64,000 bases of DNA from Alphaproteobacteria bacterium (GCA_963665325.3 CAXXWS020000001.1:64001-128000); one strand, 5' to 3'. Counted from the first letter of the stretch, positions 52,071-61,695 are shown. The notes: generated from the letters alone by a model not told the origin. Made by a program: numbers and translations.

Positions 52071-54053
52071 ATGAACAGATTCGTTGCGCCCGCCGTCCTC
52101 TTAGCCGCCGTCCTTGCATCCACATCATACGCGAGCGCTCGCGAACCGGGCGACATGATCGAGTGGCCCATCGTCGGCTCGGGACAGGCGCAGACCAAAT
52201 ACTCCATGGCCAGAGAAATCACGGCCGCCAATATCGACGAACTCAAGATCGTCTGGCGATGGGAGCCGAACGAGAAGCCACTGGAGAAATACGGCACCCG
52301 GCCCGGTCCGTTCCAGGCAACACCGATCATGCTCGACAACGTCCTGTATCTGTCGACCATGTACACGCGGGTCGTGGCCCTCGATGCGGAGACGGGCGCC
52401 GAGCTTTGGAGCTTCGATCCGAAGGTCTATGAAGGCGGACCCAAGGGCGCGGGGCCGAGGGGCTTCAAGCATCGGGGCATAGCCTGGTGGAGCAACGGGG
52501 ACGAGCGCCGTATCTTCCTCAACAGCCGCGACCGTCTCTATGCAATCGACGCCGTAACGGGCAAGCCGGATGCCGGCTTCGGCGAGGGCGGGAGCGTCCT
52601 GCTAACCGACGCCTTCGCCCGTCCGGTGACCCGTTTCGAATTCGACCAGACCTCGCCGCCGGTCGTGTTCGAGGACCTGGTGATCGTGGGCAGCCGCATT
52701 CCCGACCGCCTGCAGCGCAAGTTCGACCCGCCGGGCACCGTGCAGGCGTTCGACGCGCGCACCGGCGAGCGCCGCTGGGTGTTCTTCACCGTCCCCCAAT
52801 CTGCCGGGGACGTCGGCGCAGACACATGGGTGAACGAGTCCTGGCGCTTTACCGGCCATGCCAATGTGTGGGGGCTGATGTCGCTTGACGCCGAGCGCGG
52901 GCTTCTCTATGCGCCGACGAGCACGCCGAGCAGCGACTACTGGGGCGGCCGCCGGCCCGGCGCCAACCTCTTCGCCGAGTCGCTGGTGTGTCTCGACGCG
53001 CGCACGGGCGAGCGGAAATGGCACTTCCAGACGGTGCATCACGGCGTGTGGGACTACGACCTGGCCGCGGCGCCGAACCTCGTGACGATCAATGTGGACG
53101 GGCGCGAGATCGACGCGGTGGCGCAGGTCTCCAAGCATGGCTTCACCTATGTGTTCGACCGGGTGACGGGCAAGCCGGTGTGGCCCATTGAGGAGCGCGC
53201 GGTGGACACGGCAACGGACGTACCGGGCGAGGCGCTCTATCCGACACAGCCCTTCCCGACCAAACCGCCGCCATTCGCCGGGCAGGGCGTGTCTCTGGAG
53301 GACACGAACGACCTGACGCCAGAGATCCATGCGCTTGCGGTGGCGGAGATGCGGCGGTTCCGGATAGGCCCGCTGTTCACGCCGCCCAGCCTGCGCGGCA
53401 CCCTCCAGCGACCGGGCGCCAGCGGCGGCGCGAACTGGGGCGGGGCGGCCTTCGACCCCGGGACCGGGCTCCTGTTCGTGCGGACATCGGAGGACGCGGA
53501 CACGAACCAGGTCTGCGTGAACAAGGGCGACGACCCGGAGGTCGATGTCGAATACAGCAACAATTGTCCTTTCGGGGCGTCGCTGCTCATGTTCCACGAA
53601 CCTGACGGGCCGGGCGCCGCGGACACCCCGGAGAGCAGGCTGGGCCCGATCCCCCTCATCAAGCCGCCTTGGGCGCATCTGGTGGCGATCGACCTCAATG
53701 CGGGCGAGATCGCATGGAAGGTGCCGTTCGGCGAAGGCAGCCGAGAAATCCGCGAGCATCCACTGCTGCGCGGCGTCAAACTGCCGGATCGGTTGGGCAC
53801 GCGCGGTAATTCCGGCCCGATGGCGACAGCGGGGGGCCTCGTCTTCGTCGGCGGCGGCGCGCCTTACCTCTATGCGTTCGACAAGGCGACGGGCGCCGAG
53901 CTCTGGCGCGGCGCTACGCCGTTCAAGACCTTCGGGAATCCAATGACCTACCGCGCCCGGTCGGGGCAGCAGTTCGTCGTCATCGCAACCGGCCGCGGGG
54001 CGCACGCCGCGCTCGTCGCCTTCGCGCGAGTCATACCAGCGGTGCCGGGTTGA
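52071..54053 (+). CDS. PQQ-dependent dehydrogenase (glucose/quinate/shikimate type)
   Basis: FQATPI, ALDAETGAELWSFDP, WHFQTVHHGVWDYD, GGANWGG, AFDKATGAELW, PMTY. Confidence 0.88.
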   Translation: MNRFVAPAVLLAAVLASTSYASAREPGDMIEWPIVGSGQAQTKYSMAREITAANIDELKIVWRWEPNEKPLEKYGTRPGPFQATPIMLDNVLYLSTMYTRVVALDAETGAELWSFDPKVYEGGPKGAGPRGFKHRGIAWWSNGDERRIFLNSRDRLYAIDAVTGKPDAGFGEGGSVLLTDAFARPVTRFEFDQTSPPVVFEDLVIVGSRIPDRLQRKFDPPGTVQAFDARTGERRWVFFTVPQSAGDVGADTWVNESWRFTGHANVWGLMSLDAERGLLYAPTSTPSSDYWGGRRPGANLFAESLVCLDARTGERKWHFQTVHHGVWDYDLAAAPNLVTINVDGREIDAVAQVSKHGFTYVFDRVTGKPVWPIEERAVDTATDVPGEALYPTQPFPTKPPPFAGQGVSLEDTNDLTPEIHALAVAEMRRFRIGPLFTPPSLRGTLQRPGASGGANWGGAAFDPGTGLLFVRTSEDADTNQVCVNKGDDPEVDVEYSNNCPFGASLLMFHEPDGPGAADTPESRLGPIPLIKPPWAHLVAIDLNAGEIAWKVPFGEGSREIREHPLLRGVKLPDRLGTRGNSGPMATAGGLVFVGGGAPYLYAFDKATGAELWRGATPFKTFGNPMTYRARSGQQFVVIATGRGAHAALVAFARVIPAVPG

Positions 54054-54054
54054 G

Positions 54055-54250
54055 ACTCATGGGTTGGCGCCGCCCCGCTTGGCGTCCCGGCCCTCTCCTT
54101 ATCCTGAGTAGCGCCCGCGCGCCAGCGGGCACGTATCGAAGGGCCGTCCCGCCGCCGGAAACGCCCCCCTCGATACGCGGCGGGCACTGCTACTCGGGAT
54201 ACAAGGGGGAAGAGGACCGGGCCGAAGGCAGGGGCGCCCTCTCTATGGGT
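54055..54250 (+). other. Rod-like inverted-repeat structure of about 195 nt
   Basis: Nested complementary arms 54055-62/54243-50, 54086-96/54211-21, 54100-12/54189-201, 54132-39/54170-77. Confidence 0.6.
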
Positions 54251-54952
54251 TCCGATCAACTACCGCCGGTATCAGGTAGTTGGTGGCCGGCTGAGTGCGC
54301 CGGCATCCCGGCACCTGGTTCGGCTGGATTGGCACTCATCGGAGGGGAACGACATGCGGATGTCCTTGTCTGCTGGCCGGCCTGCGTCGGAAACACGGCC
54401 GGCTTTCACCCGCGCCTGGTAATACCAGCGTTCGATGGTGCCAGTGTCGATACGACGGTCCGACAACTCTTTGTTGACCTGTCGGCTTTCTGATACGAAC
54501 TCGTCCCGTGCCGCTGTTCCGTCCCCCGGTGCGGGGACGTGTCCCGCAATCGGACGACGAGGAGTCCACAGGAAATGAAGACCGCTTGCCCGGCGCGACA
54601 CACCGCGCCGCTCACCCTGACCAGACGCAGCTTCACGGCTGCAGCCGCGCTTTCGGCGCTCGTTCCGCGGACGATGGGGCCCGCCCGCAGGTGCCCATGC
54701 CGAACGGCCGCGTGGAAGCACATGAGGGGGGCCGAACCATGAGCGGAAAATCACCGGATGAAAGAAGCCGGCGGGCAAGTCTTGATCCGCTCACAAGACA
54801 CGCGCATTGCCGGCAAGAACGGCACGGGTGGGCAACCGCGCCCTGCATGAGGAGACACGGCGATGGCGGTTGCGGTCAGCACGGCCCCTGAGCGATATTC
54901 AACCCGGCGCGTGGCGTCTGTCGCCTGCGTGGCGAGCGCGCACACGCTCAAC

Positions 54953-55900
54953 TCACTGGCGGTCCGACCTGGTAGCGCCGAACGACCCGACGATCGACCC
55001 CGACCTGAACACGCCGCCGGCCTCCTCGTGGTAACCGCCGTAGAACGTCCCCGCGACATGCTCGCCGTCCCAGTGCGTGCCCTTCGAGAACGCCCCGTCA
55101 TTCACCGCGATGCCAGTCCACGCCATCCTGTGGCCCGCGGCGGCGCCGGTCCTCAGATCGACGAAATTGTCGAGCGTGACATCGACCGAGGAGTCGCCGA
55201 AGTCATAGACGATCCCGGCATCCCCCTGCAGCATGTCGGGAGCGGGAAACAGCCGCTTCAGGTCCGTGCCCACCGCGACGCCGGTCCACGATGCCGATCC
55301 CGAAACCGGATTCGTGCCGGAAGCCCGGCCGACCGAATAGGGCGCGGCCTGGACCGAGTCGGGTGCGCCCTTGTCGGGATGAAAGCTGATCTGCACCAGG
55401 AAGGTGCTGTAATGCATCCAGGCCCCATAGCCGGTTAACTCCTGGGGCGCGTCGGGATTGGATGTCGCATCGTAGAAGGCCTGGCCGAGCCGGATGCCCC
55501 CACGTTCCATGACCGGCTGGTATTCCGCATCGAAAAAGAAACCGTCCAGGTCCCCTTCCCCGCTCGCGCCGTACCTGCATGCGCCTCCCGTGCACGCCGC
55601 CCCGTAAATGTAGCCGGGGAACTCTCCGGGGGAGCGATAGACACCGCCGAGCATCCAGGTATCGGCGCTCGTGACGATCCTCTCGTCGAGCGCCGAAAGT
55701 TCATCCGAGGTCATGGCGTACGCGGTGCTTCCGGCAACGTTCCCCGATGCGGTCCCGGCATCCAGCAGCCAGTCCGGCGGGCCGGATTCCGTGCTGGCAT
55801 CGGAACCGGCGGCCGTCTCCGCCATGTTCTCCCGGTGCCCGCCGCACCCGGAAAGGGCCAAGACGACGAGTATCGCGAACAACCCGATCATGGTTCGCAT
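54953..55900 (-). CDS. Orphan surface lipoprotein with TbpB/HpuA-like barrel (likely Slam cargo)
   Basis: MRTM...LALSGCGG lipobox; GYGAWM, GSASWTG, GTFYG..HEEAGGVF, GSFGATR. Confidence 0.72.
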   Translation of the reverse strand: MRTMIGLFAILVVLALSGCGGHRENMAETAAGSDASTESGPPDWLLDAGTASGNVAGSTAYAMTSDELSALDERIVTSADTWMLGGVYRSPGEFPGYIYGAACTGGACRYGASGEGDLDGFFFDAEYQPVMERGGIRLGQAFYDATSNPDAPQELTGYGAWMHYSTFLVQISFHPDKGAPDSVQAAPYSVGRASGTNPVSGSASWTGVAVGTDLKRLFPAPDMLQGDAGIVYDFGDSSVDVTLDNFVDLRTGAAAGHRMAWTGIAVNDGAFSKGTHWDGEHVAGTFYGGYHEEAGGVFRSGSIVGSFGATRSDRQ

Positions 55901-56429
55901 GCTCAATTGCCCCGCGTATCCAGACGAACCCGAACGGTGCTCCGCCCCCGGTCCGGAGTCAACGCGCCGCGTCACATCGTCAATCGGGAGCGCCGCCCGG
56001 AGAGACGGCCGGCGGGCAGGAGCGCGCCACGAGCGGCGCATGAGCAAGCCCTCCCTCTCCAGTCCGGTTCGCGGCGTTGCGCGCCGCCGCCCCGGCGAAG
56101 AACTCTGGCGAATTGGGTCTCCGGCGGATACCGCGCGCGGGCAACGGCAGGCCGGGCCGTCTCAAACGCGTCTTCGACGATGACGCCGGCCCTCTCCGTT
56201 GACCCCGACAGGACGGGCACGGCAAGGTGAACGCACCCGCGGCTGTCCGGGCTGCCCGACGGCCGGCGGCATCCCGCCGAAGGCCGGCAGTATGCGCACG
56301 GCCTTGTGTTTCGCGCACCGAGGTTCCCGGTGCGACTTGCAGCGCCGGAGATTTGAGGTTCACCGCACAATGCAGGAGAAACTATGGTAATGGCAGATTT
56401 GATCGATCCGCACGGCACTGTAGCGATAT

Positions 56430-56958
56430 GCGACCCGGCGCGTGGCGTTGGCGGCGCTGGCCGGCGTCGTCGCCTGCGTGGCGGGACTCCTCCGGCGCCA
56501 AGACCGGCTGGGCGGCCTGCCCCTTCTCGACAACTGCACGTGGTGCACGTGGTGCACGTGGTACAACTGTACAACCGCACTTGGTACACACCGGCCGATG
56601 CGGTGGCGCTATTCAAGACGCTCGACCGGCTCGACGCCAATTTGCGGGCGGTCTACGCGGCGACCGGCCTCATGATCGACATGGTCTTTCCGGCGGCCTA
56701 CGGGCTGCCGTTCGCGATCCTGCTGGTTCGCCTGTTCCGGGCGCCGTTCTTCCTGCTGCCGCTCGCGACGGCGGCCGCGGACGTGCTGGAGAACGCGACC
56801 GTCGCCGTGCTGGCGCTGGGCTGCACCGGCGCGCCGTCGCCGCTCGCGTGGCTGCCGCGGCGTTCACCTTGGTCAAGGCGCTGTTCGGCTGCGCCGGGCT
56901 GGCGGCGGCCTGCATCGGCGATGTCCGCTGGTTGTGGCTGCGGGTGCGCCGGTGCTGA
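56430..56958 (+). pseudogene. Small membrane protein disrupted by a tandem duplication and frameshifts
   Basis: LPLLD / WYTPADA..IDMVFPAAYG..ADVLEN / FTLVK segments in three frames; TGCACGTGG x3 at 56535-56561. Confidence 0.6.
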
Positions 56959-57095
56959 TGGGCCGGCCGCGCGGGCAGACAGGCGCCGCTCTCCCGGGCC
57001 GCGGTGTCCGCGATCGGCTGGTCCAGCTCGTCTTCGCGGTCCTCGTCGAGCATCTAGCCGCGCAGTTCTTGCCACTATGATGTACGCCGCGCGGA

Positions 57096-57659
57096 TCAAC
57101 GAGACTCCACCATGTGGAGGACGAGCGCCTTCAAAGAGGCCAGCAGGGCGAGCAGGTGCTCCCTGTCCCTCGCCTTGTGCCTGATGCCGTACCAGGACGC
57201 CTGCATGAGATCGCAGAGCTGCTTCGCGCCCGGTCCCCAGGCCGGCGTACGCCGGGTGCAGGGGGCGAGCATCTCTTCCAGCATCGCCCCGTAGCGGGCA
57301 TCCGCGAGCACTATCTCCTGCCGCGCCGCATCGCGGAATCCGGTCAGGATTTCGTCGCCGTGAGGGGTCGCATGGATCCGTTCCCAGGGTACGACGACAA
57401 GGCAATGGAAAACGATGTCGAGCTTCTCGCCGAGATCGGAGAGCCCGGCGCATTCGGCCTCGATCTCGGCGATGGAGCGGTCTGCATATCCCCGGATGGT
57501 CGCGCGCAACAGGTCCTCTTTGCCCGAAAACAGATTGTAGAGGGTCTGGCGTGCAACGCCGGCTTCTTCGGCGACATCGTTCATCGTCGCGCGCTTCACG
57601 CCGTAACGCGAGAACACCCGGAACGCTGCCTTCGCGATGGTTTCCCTGCGTTCTGACAT
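57096..57659 (-). CDS. TetR/AcrR family transcriptional regulator
   Basis: AFRVFSRYGVKRATMNDVAEEAGVARQTLYNLFSGKEDL. Confidence 0.9.
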   Translation of the reverse strand: MSERRETIAKAAFRVFSRYGVKRATMNDVAEEAGVARQTLYNLFSGKEDLLRATIRGYADRSIAEIEAECAGLSDLGEKLDIVFHCLVVVPWERIHATPHGDEILTGFRDAARQEIVLADARYGAMLEEMLAPCTRRTPAWGPGAKQLCDLMQASWYGIRHKARDREHLLALLASLKALVLHMVESR

Positions 57660-57671
57660 ATCCCGACCATT

Positions 57672-57718
57672 GACAAATTCAGCCCGAATGTCCAGTTGAC
57701 ATTAGAACTAATTATGTC
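57672..57718. promoter_or_regulatory. Two candidate TetR operators in the divergent promoter
   Basis: GACA-N13-TGTC at 57672-57692 and 57698-57718, each overlapping a TTGACA. Confidence 0.55.
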
Positions 57719-57790
57719 TATTCGTCCAAGGACCGGAGAGTGGCCCGACGGGCGCGCGACCGGGAGCAATTCGAACGAAGGGAGTCGGGG

Positions 57791-58181
57791 ATGCGGACGA
57801 CACTGAAGGTCAACGGCCATACCGTCGAGGCCGAGGCGGCTGACGGCACGCCGCTCTTGTGGGTGCTGCGGGACGAGCTGAAGCTGACGGGCACCAAATA
57901 CGGTTGCGGCGTGGCCGCATGCGGGGCCTGCACGGTCCATGTCGACGGCGTGCCGGTCCGGTCCTGCCAGACTTACGCGGAAGATGTCGATGGGGCGGAG
58001 ATCACGACTATCCGACATCGGCGCCATCGATGTCCATATCGTGCCGTCGGCGGAGCCTCCGACGGACGTGGGCGAGCCCGGGGTGCCTCCGGCCGGACCC
58101 GCGCTCGCCAACGCCATTGCGGCGGACGGCGCGCGCGTGACCGTGCTGCCGATGGCGGATAACGGTGTCCGTTTTGCGTGA
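57791..58181 (+). pseudogene. Deletion fusion of isoquinoline/aldehyde oxidoreductase small (2Fe-2S) and large (Mo) subunit genes
   Basis: [20 protein letters not shown]...EITTI followed out of frame by [30 protein letters not shown]. Confidence 0.8.
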
Positions 58182-58323
58182 GCCGCTTGGGCCCGCACCT
58201 GCCCGGCACCTTGCTTCGGGGCCGGAGGCCGGGCGGCTGGTCTCCCGCTCCGCATCCCTGCGCGACCTTCGCAGATGGCGCGACAGCCGTCAGGGAGTGT
58301 CGTAGCGCGAAAGGAGCGCCCCC

Positions 58324-60165
58324 ATGACCCGCAAGACCGGCAGGCTAAAGCGGTTGTCCTCCGCTCAGCGGAACGGGCGTATCTCGATCACGGTCACGCT
58401 GGCGGCCGCGATCTCGCTGCTCGTCCTCCTGGCGGTCGGGAGCGTGTTCGGCGCCGGCGTCTGGCTCGCGGCAAGGAACACGCTCTCGCTCCTCAGCGAC
58501 AACGGCAACCGGAACCTCGCCGACACGGTCGGGCGGATCGAACTGCACCTGCGCCCGGCCGAGGACAAGGCCCGTTTCATCGCCCGTCGGATCGCCGAGG
58601 GCGACATCGACCCGCACGACCGTGCGACGTTCGGCCTCCTGCTGACCGGCGCCCTCGCAGGCGTTCCACAGATCAGGTCGGTCTCTTTCTTCGATACCAA
58701 CCTGAAAACCTTCGTTGCCGCCCGCCTCGGAGACGGCAACCTCAGGTTGGGCGAATTGGACCACTCGCGGGATCCCAGGTTCCACGAATTCCTGGCGGAG
58801 ATGCCGGAAGAGCCGCACTGGCACAGACCGTTCCGGCTCGACCGGTCCGAGGAGACCTTCTTCAGCCGGGTCCATCCGCTGTGGCGGGACGGACGGCTCA
58901 TCGGCGCCGTATTGGCGACGGTGTCGGTCCGGGGCCTCTCGGCGCATGTCGGCGCCTTCGGTGCGGCCGATTCCGGCACCCGGTTCATTCTGTACGGCCG
59001 CGGCCGTGTGTTCGCGCACCCGCTCATGGCGAACGGTTATTCGGGTCTGTCCGTCAAGAATCCGCTTCCCCGCCTGGCGGACTTCCGCGATTCCGTTCTG
59101 GCGTCGATCTGGCAGCAGGAAGACCGCTACGAGTTGATCATCGAACTCGCGCAGGGGTCCAATGGCCATGCCATAAGCACCGGCGGGGAGGACTATGTGT
59201 TCATGTACCGCCGCCTGCACGGCTTCGGGCCGAAGCCGCTGATCGTCGGCGCCTGGTTCCCAAGCTCCAGTGTCAGTGCAGAGATTCGCAGGATGCTCGC
59301 CGCGATCTATATCGGGATCGCCGCCCTGGTGCTGGCGATCGTCGCAGCGGTGATCCTCGGCCGGCGCATCGCCCGGCCGATCGTGCGCTTCTCGACGGCA
59401 GCCGGCCAGGTCCGCGACCTGAATATCCGCGACATCGGCGATCTTCCGGGCAGCGTGTTCCGCGAGCTCGACCGGCAGGCCAGGTCGTTCAACGCCATGC
59501 TGCATGCCCTGCGCTGGTTCGAACTCTACATTCCCAGGAAGGTCGTGGAACGATTGGTGAAGCGGGGCGAAATCGACGACTCGGCCTCGTCGGCGCATGA
59601 AATCACCGTCATGTTTACCGACATTGCGGGATTTTCGACGGTGTCCGAAAACCTGACAGCCCCCGAAGTCGCCGCCGTCGTCAATCGCCACTTTGAAATT
59701 GTCGCCGGCTGCATCGAGGCCGAGGACGGCACAGTCGACAAGTTCATCGGCGATTCCGTGATGGCGTTCTGGGGCGCGCCTGACGCCCAGCCCGATGCCG
59801 CGGAGCGGGCCTGTCGAGCTGCGCTGGCGATTGCAGACGGCATCCGGGCGGAGAATGCCCGGCGCCGTTCCAAAGGCGAGGCGCCGCTGGGCATCCGCAT
59901 CGGAGTCCATACCGGCATTGCAACAGTCGGCAACATCGGTTCGCCAGGTCGCATCAATTACACGATCATTGGCGATACGGTGAATGTCGGCCAGCGTCTG
60001 GAAGAGCTCGGCAAGACGCTGTTTGCCGAAGGCAGCGAGGCAGCGATCCTGATCAGCGGCGCGACCGCAGCGGGCCTGGGGCCGGACTTCGATCCAAAGC
60101 CGGCGGGCAATCATCACGTCAAGGGGCGTACCGGGGAAGTCGAGGTGTTCAGGCTGAGCGGTTGA
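58324..60165 (+). CDS. Membrane-bound class III adenylate/guanylate cyclase (periplasmic sensor plus HAMP)
   Basis: Two TM helices, TVMFTDIAGFS, DKFIGDSVMAFWGAP, RIGVHTG, YTIIGDTVN. Confidence 0.9.
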   Translation: MTRKTGRLKRLSSAQRNGRISITVTLAAAISLLVLLAVGSVFGAGVWLAARNTLSLLSDNGNRNLADTVGRIELHLRPAEDKARFIARRIAEGDIDPHDRATFGLLLTGALAGVPQIRSVSFFDTNLKTFVAARLGDGNLRLGELDHSRDPRFHEFLAEMPEEPHWHRPFRLDRSEETFFSRVHPLWRDGRLIGAVLATVSVRGLSAHVGAFGAADSGTRFILYGRGRVFAHPLMANGYSGLSVKNPLPRLADFRDSVLASIWQQEDRYELIIELAQGSNGHAISTGGEDYVFMYRRLHGFGPKPLIVGAWFPSSSVSAEIRRMLAAIYIGIAALVLAIVAAVILGRRIARPIVRFSTAAGQVRDLNIRDIGDLPGSVFRELDRQARSFNAMLHALRWFELYIPRKVVERLVKRGEIDDSASSAHEITVMFTDIAGFSTVSENLTAPEVAAVVNRHFEIVAGCIEAEDGTVDKFIGDSVMAFWGAPDAQPDAAERACRAALAIADGIRAENARRRSKGEAPLGIRIGVHTGIATVGNIGSPGRINYTIIGDTVNVGQRLEELGKTLFAEGSEAAILISGATAAGLGPDFDPKPAGNHHVKGRTGEVEVFRLSG

Positions 60166-60197
60166 GAATCGGACTCACCAAGCATGGCGTAACAGAG

Positions 60198-60228
60198 GGG
60201 ACTTACAAAGATTGGTTGACGGCATCTT
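60198..60228 (+). repeat. 31-bp direct repeat, copy 2
   Basis: Identical to 45636-45666; overlaps the higA stop codon. Confidence 0.9.
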
Positions 60229-60514
60229 ACGCCGTTTCGAAACGCTCCACCGCGATCTCGCCGGCGCGGGACCGGGCCTGCCAGAGATCGTAGGCCATCT
60301 GCATCCCGAGCCAGGTTTCGGGCGTCGACCCGAAGGCTTTTGTTAGCCGGATCGCCATCTCCACCGAAATCCCCGAGCGTTCGTTCACCAGCTCCGACAG
60401 CGCCTGGCGCGTCACACCCAGCCCCTCGGCGGCCCGCGTCACCGTAAGGCCCAACGGCTCGAGACACTGTCGCTTCACGATGCCGCCCGGATGCGGCGGG
60501 TTGTGCATGCCCAT
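60227..60514 (-). CDS. higA: HigA-family antitoxin 1
   Basis: MHNPPHPGGIV, LGVTRQALSELVN, ISVEMAIRL, WLGMQ. Confidence 0.88.
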   Translation of the reverse strand: MGMHNPPHPGGIVKRQCLEPLGLTVTRAAEGLGVTRQALSELVNERSGISVEMAIRLTKAFGSTPETWLGMQMAYDLWQARSRAGEIAVERFETA

Positions 60515-60524
60515 GACCATCTCC

Positions 60525-60803
60525 TCAGTGATAATCCACATAGCCCACGTCGACTGCCGATCCGTCCTCGAACCGGAAGGTCACCCACCAATTGCCCGAG
60601 ACCGACACCGCCCAGTGCCGCTCCAGCCGCCCCGCAAGCCGGTGCAGGCGGAAGCCCGGCAGGTTCATGCCCTCGGGCCCCTGGCACATGTCGAGCGCCG
60701 CCAGGATGTCGAGCAACCTCCCGACATGCGCCTGCGCCATGCGCCGTGCCGTCCTGCCCTCGTACAGCGCCTTCAGGCCGCGGTGACGGAACGATGCGAT
60801 CAC
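60525..60803 (-). CDS. higB: HigB (RelE-like) toxin 1
   Basis: IASFRHRGLK, PGFRLHRL, VSGNW, VDYH. Confidence 0.88.
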   Translation of the reverse strand: MIASFRHRGLKALYEGRTARRMAQAHVGRLLDILAALDMCQGPEGMNLPGFRLHRLAGRLERHWAVSVSGNWWVTFRFEDGSAVDVGYVDYH

Positions 60804-60903
60804 GAACCGACTCTAGACTGTCGCCTATCAAGTGACAATTGACATCGGCGTTTCTGCGGGTCCGTGCCGGTAAAGGTCGGCCGCCTCAATGCAGCCTGCT
60901 AAA

Positions 60904-61194
60904 TCAGGCGGCTGCCAAAGGCGTGATATCGGAGAGGTCCAGGGTCTCCCGGGCCCGGGCAAGATCGTGGGACTGCTGCAGGTTGATCCAGAACTCGGCG
61001 GTCGTGCCGAAGAACTTCGACAGCCGCATTGCGGTATCGACACTCACCGTCGTTTCTCCCTTTACCAGCCGTTCGATCCGCGTCCGCGGCACATTCAGGC
61101 GGTTGGCTAGCGCCATCGCACTCATGCCGAGCGGCCCGAGATACAACTCGGCGAGCACCTCACCGGGATGTGACGGATTCTTCAGCAGCATCAT
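60904..61194 (-). CDS. higA: HigA-family antitoxin 2
   Basis: PSHPGEVL, LNVPRTRIERLV, DTAMRLSKFFGTTAEFWINLQ. Confidence 0.88.
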   Translation of the reverse strand: MMLLKNPSHPGEVLAELYLGPLGMSAMALANRLNVPRTRIERLVKGETTVSVDTAMRLSKFFGTTAEFWINLQQSHDLARARETLDLSDITPLAAA

Positions 61195-61208
61195 GTCCCG
61201 GATCCCTT

Positions 61209-61490
61209 TCAATGGTAATCGACTATTTCGACGTCCGCCGGACCCCGGCCGGTCCACACGAAACAGATGCGCCACTGGTTATTGATCCGGACCGAGTACT
61301 GGCCGCGCCGGTCTCCGCCGAGAGCCTCCAGGTGGTTTCCCGGAGGAAACCTCAGGTCCTCAATGGCCGCGGCGGCATCCATGGCTGACAGCATGGCGCG
61401 AGTCCTCTTCACCAGATGCGTCGGGAAGCCTTTGCGATACCGGTTCCGCACCGCATCGGCCGCCAGCTTGCCCCTGGTGCTGACTATCAT
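61209..61490 (-). CDS. higB: HigB (RelE-like) toxin 2
   Basis: DLRFPPGNHLEAL, GQYSVRINNQWRICF, VEIVDYH. Confidence 0.88.
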   Translation of the reverse strand: MIVSTRGKLAADAVRNRYRKGFPTHLVKRTRAMLSAMDAAAAIEDLRFPPGNHLEALGGDRRGQYSVRINNQWRICFVWTGRGPADVEIVDYH

Positions 61491-61493
61491 GAC

Positions 61494-61522
61494 CGACATG
61501 TATCATAACACGATACATGTCG
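61494..61522. promoter_or_regulatory. higBA2 operator palindrome
   Basis: CGACATGTATC-ATAACAC-GATACATGTCG perfect 11-bp inverted repeat just upstream of higB2. Confidence 0.7.
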
Positions 61523-61604
61523 AAAAGCCGGACATCCGCCTGACGGGGCCGCCCCTGTTCCTCAATGCAGCGTCGGACGGCTGGCCAGGTCCGCGCACTC
61601 TCCG

Positions 61605-61695
61605 GCTCCAGGAGACCGTCGAGATCGCCGCATCGACCGTGCCGGCGTTCAAGCCGGGCAAGCCATTGAAGGATGCCGTGAACGGCGCCGGGTGA
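61605..61695 (+). pseudogene. HU DNA-binding protein C-terminal fragment
   Basis: ETVEIAASTVPAFKPGKPLKDAVN. Confidence 0.7.

Noticed and set aside
54409-54440. 32-nt match to the transposase as a possible CRISPR spacer or guide
   Set aside because: No flanking repeats or cas genes; mismatches are all synonymous, as expected for a coding relic
56226-56364. GGTGAAC/GTTCACC arms with an inner hairpin upstream of the orphan lipoprotein, considered as a riboswitch
   Set aside because: No recognisable cobalamin, TPP or other riboswitch consensus; short stems are common at this GC content
60180-60230. 31-bp repeat as an integron attC site
   Set aside because: Only copy 2 has a GTT-like box, there is no extended palindrome, and no integron integrase is present
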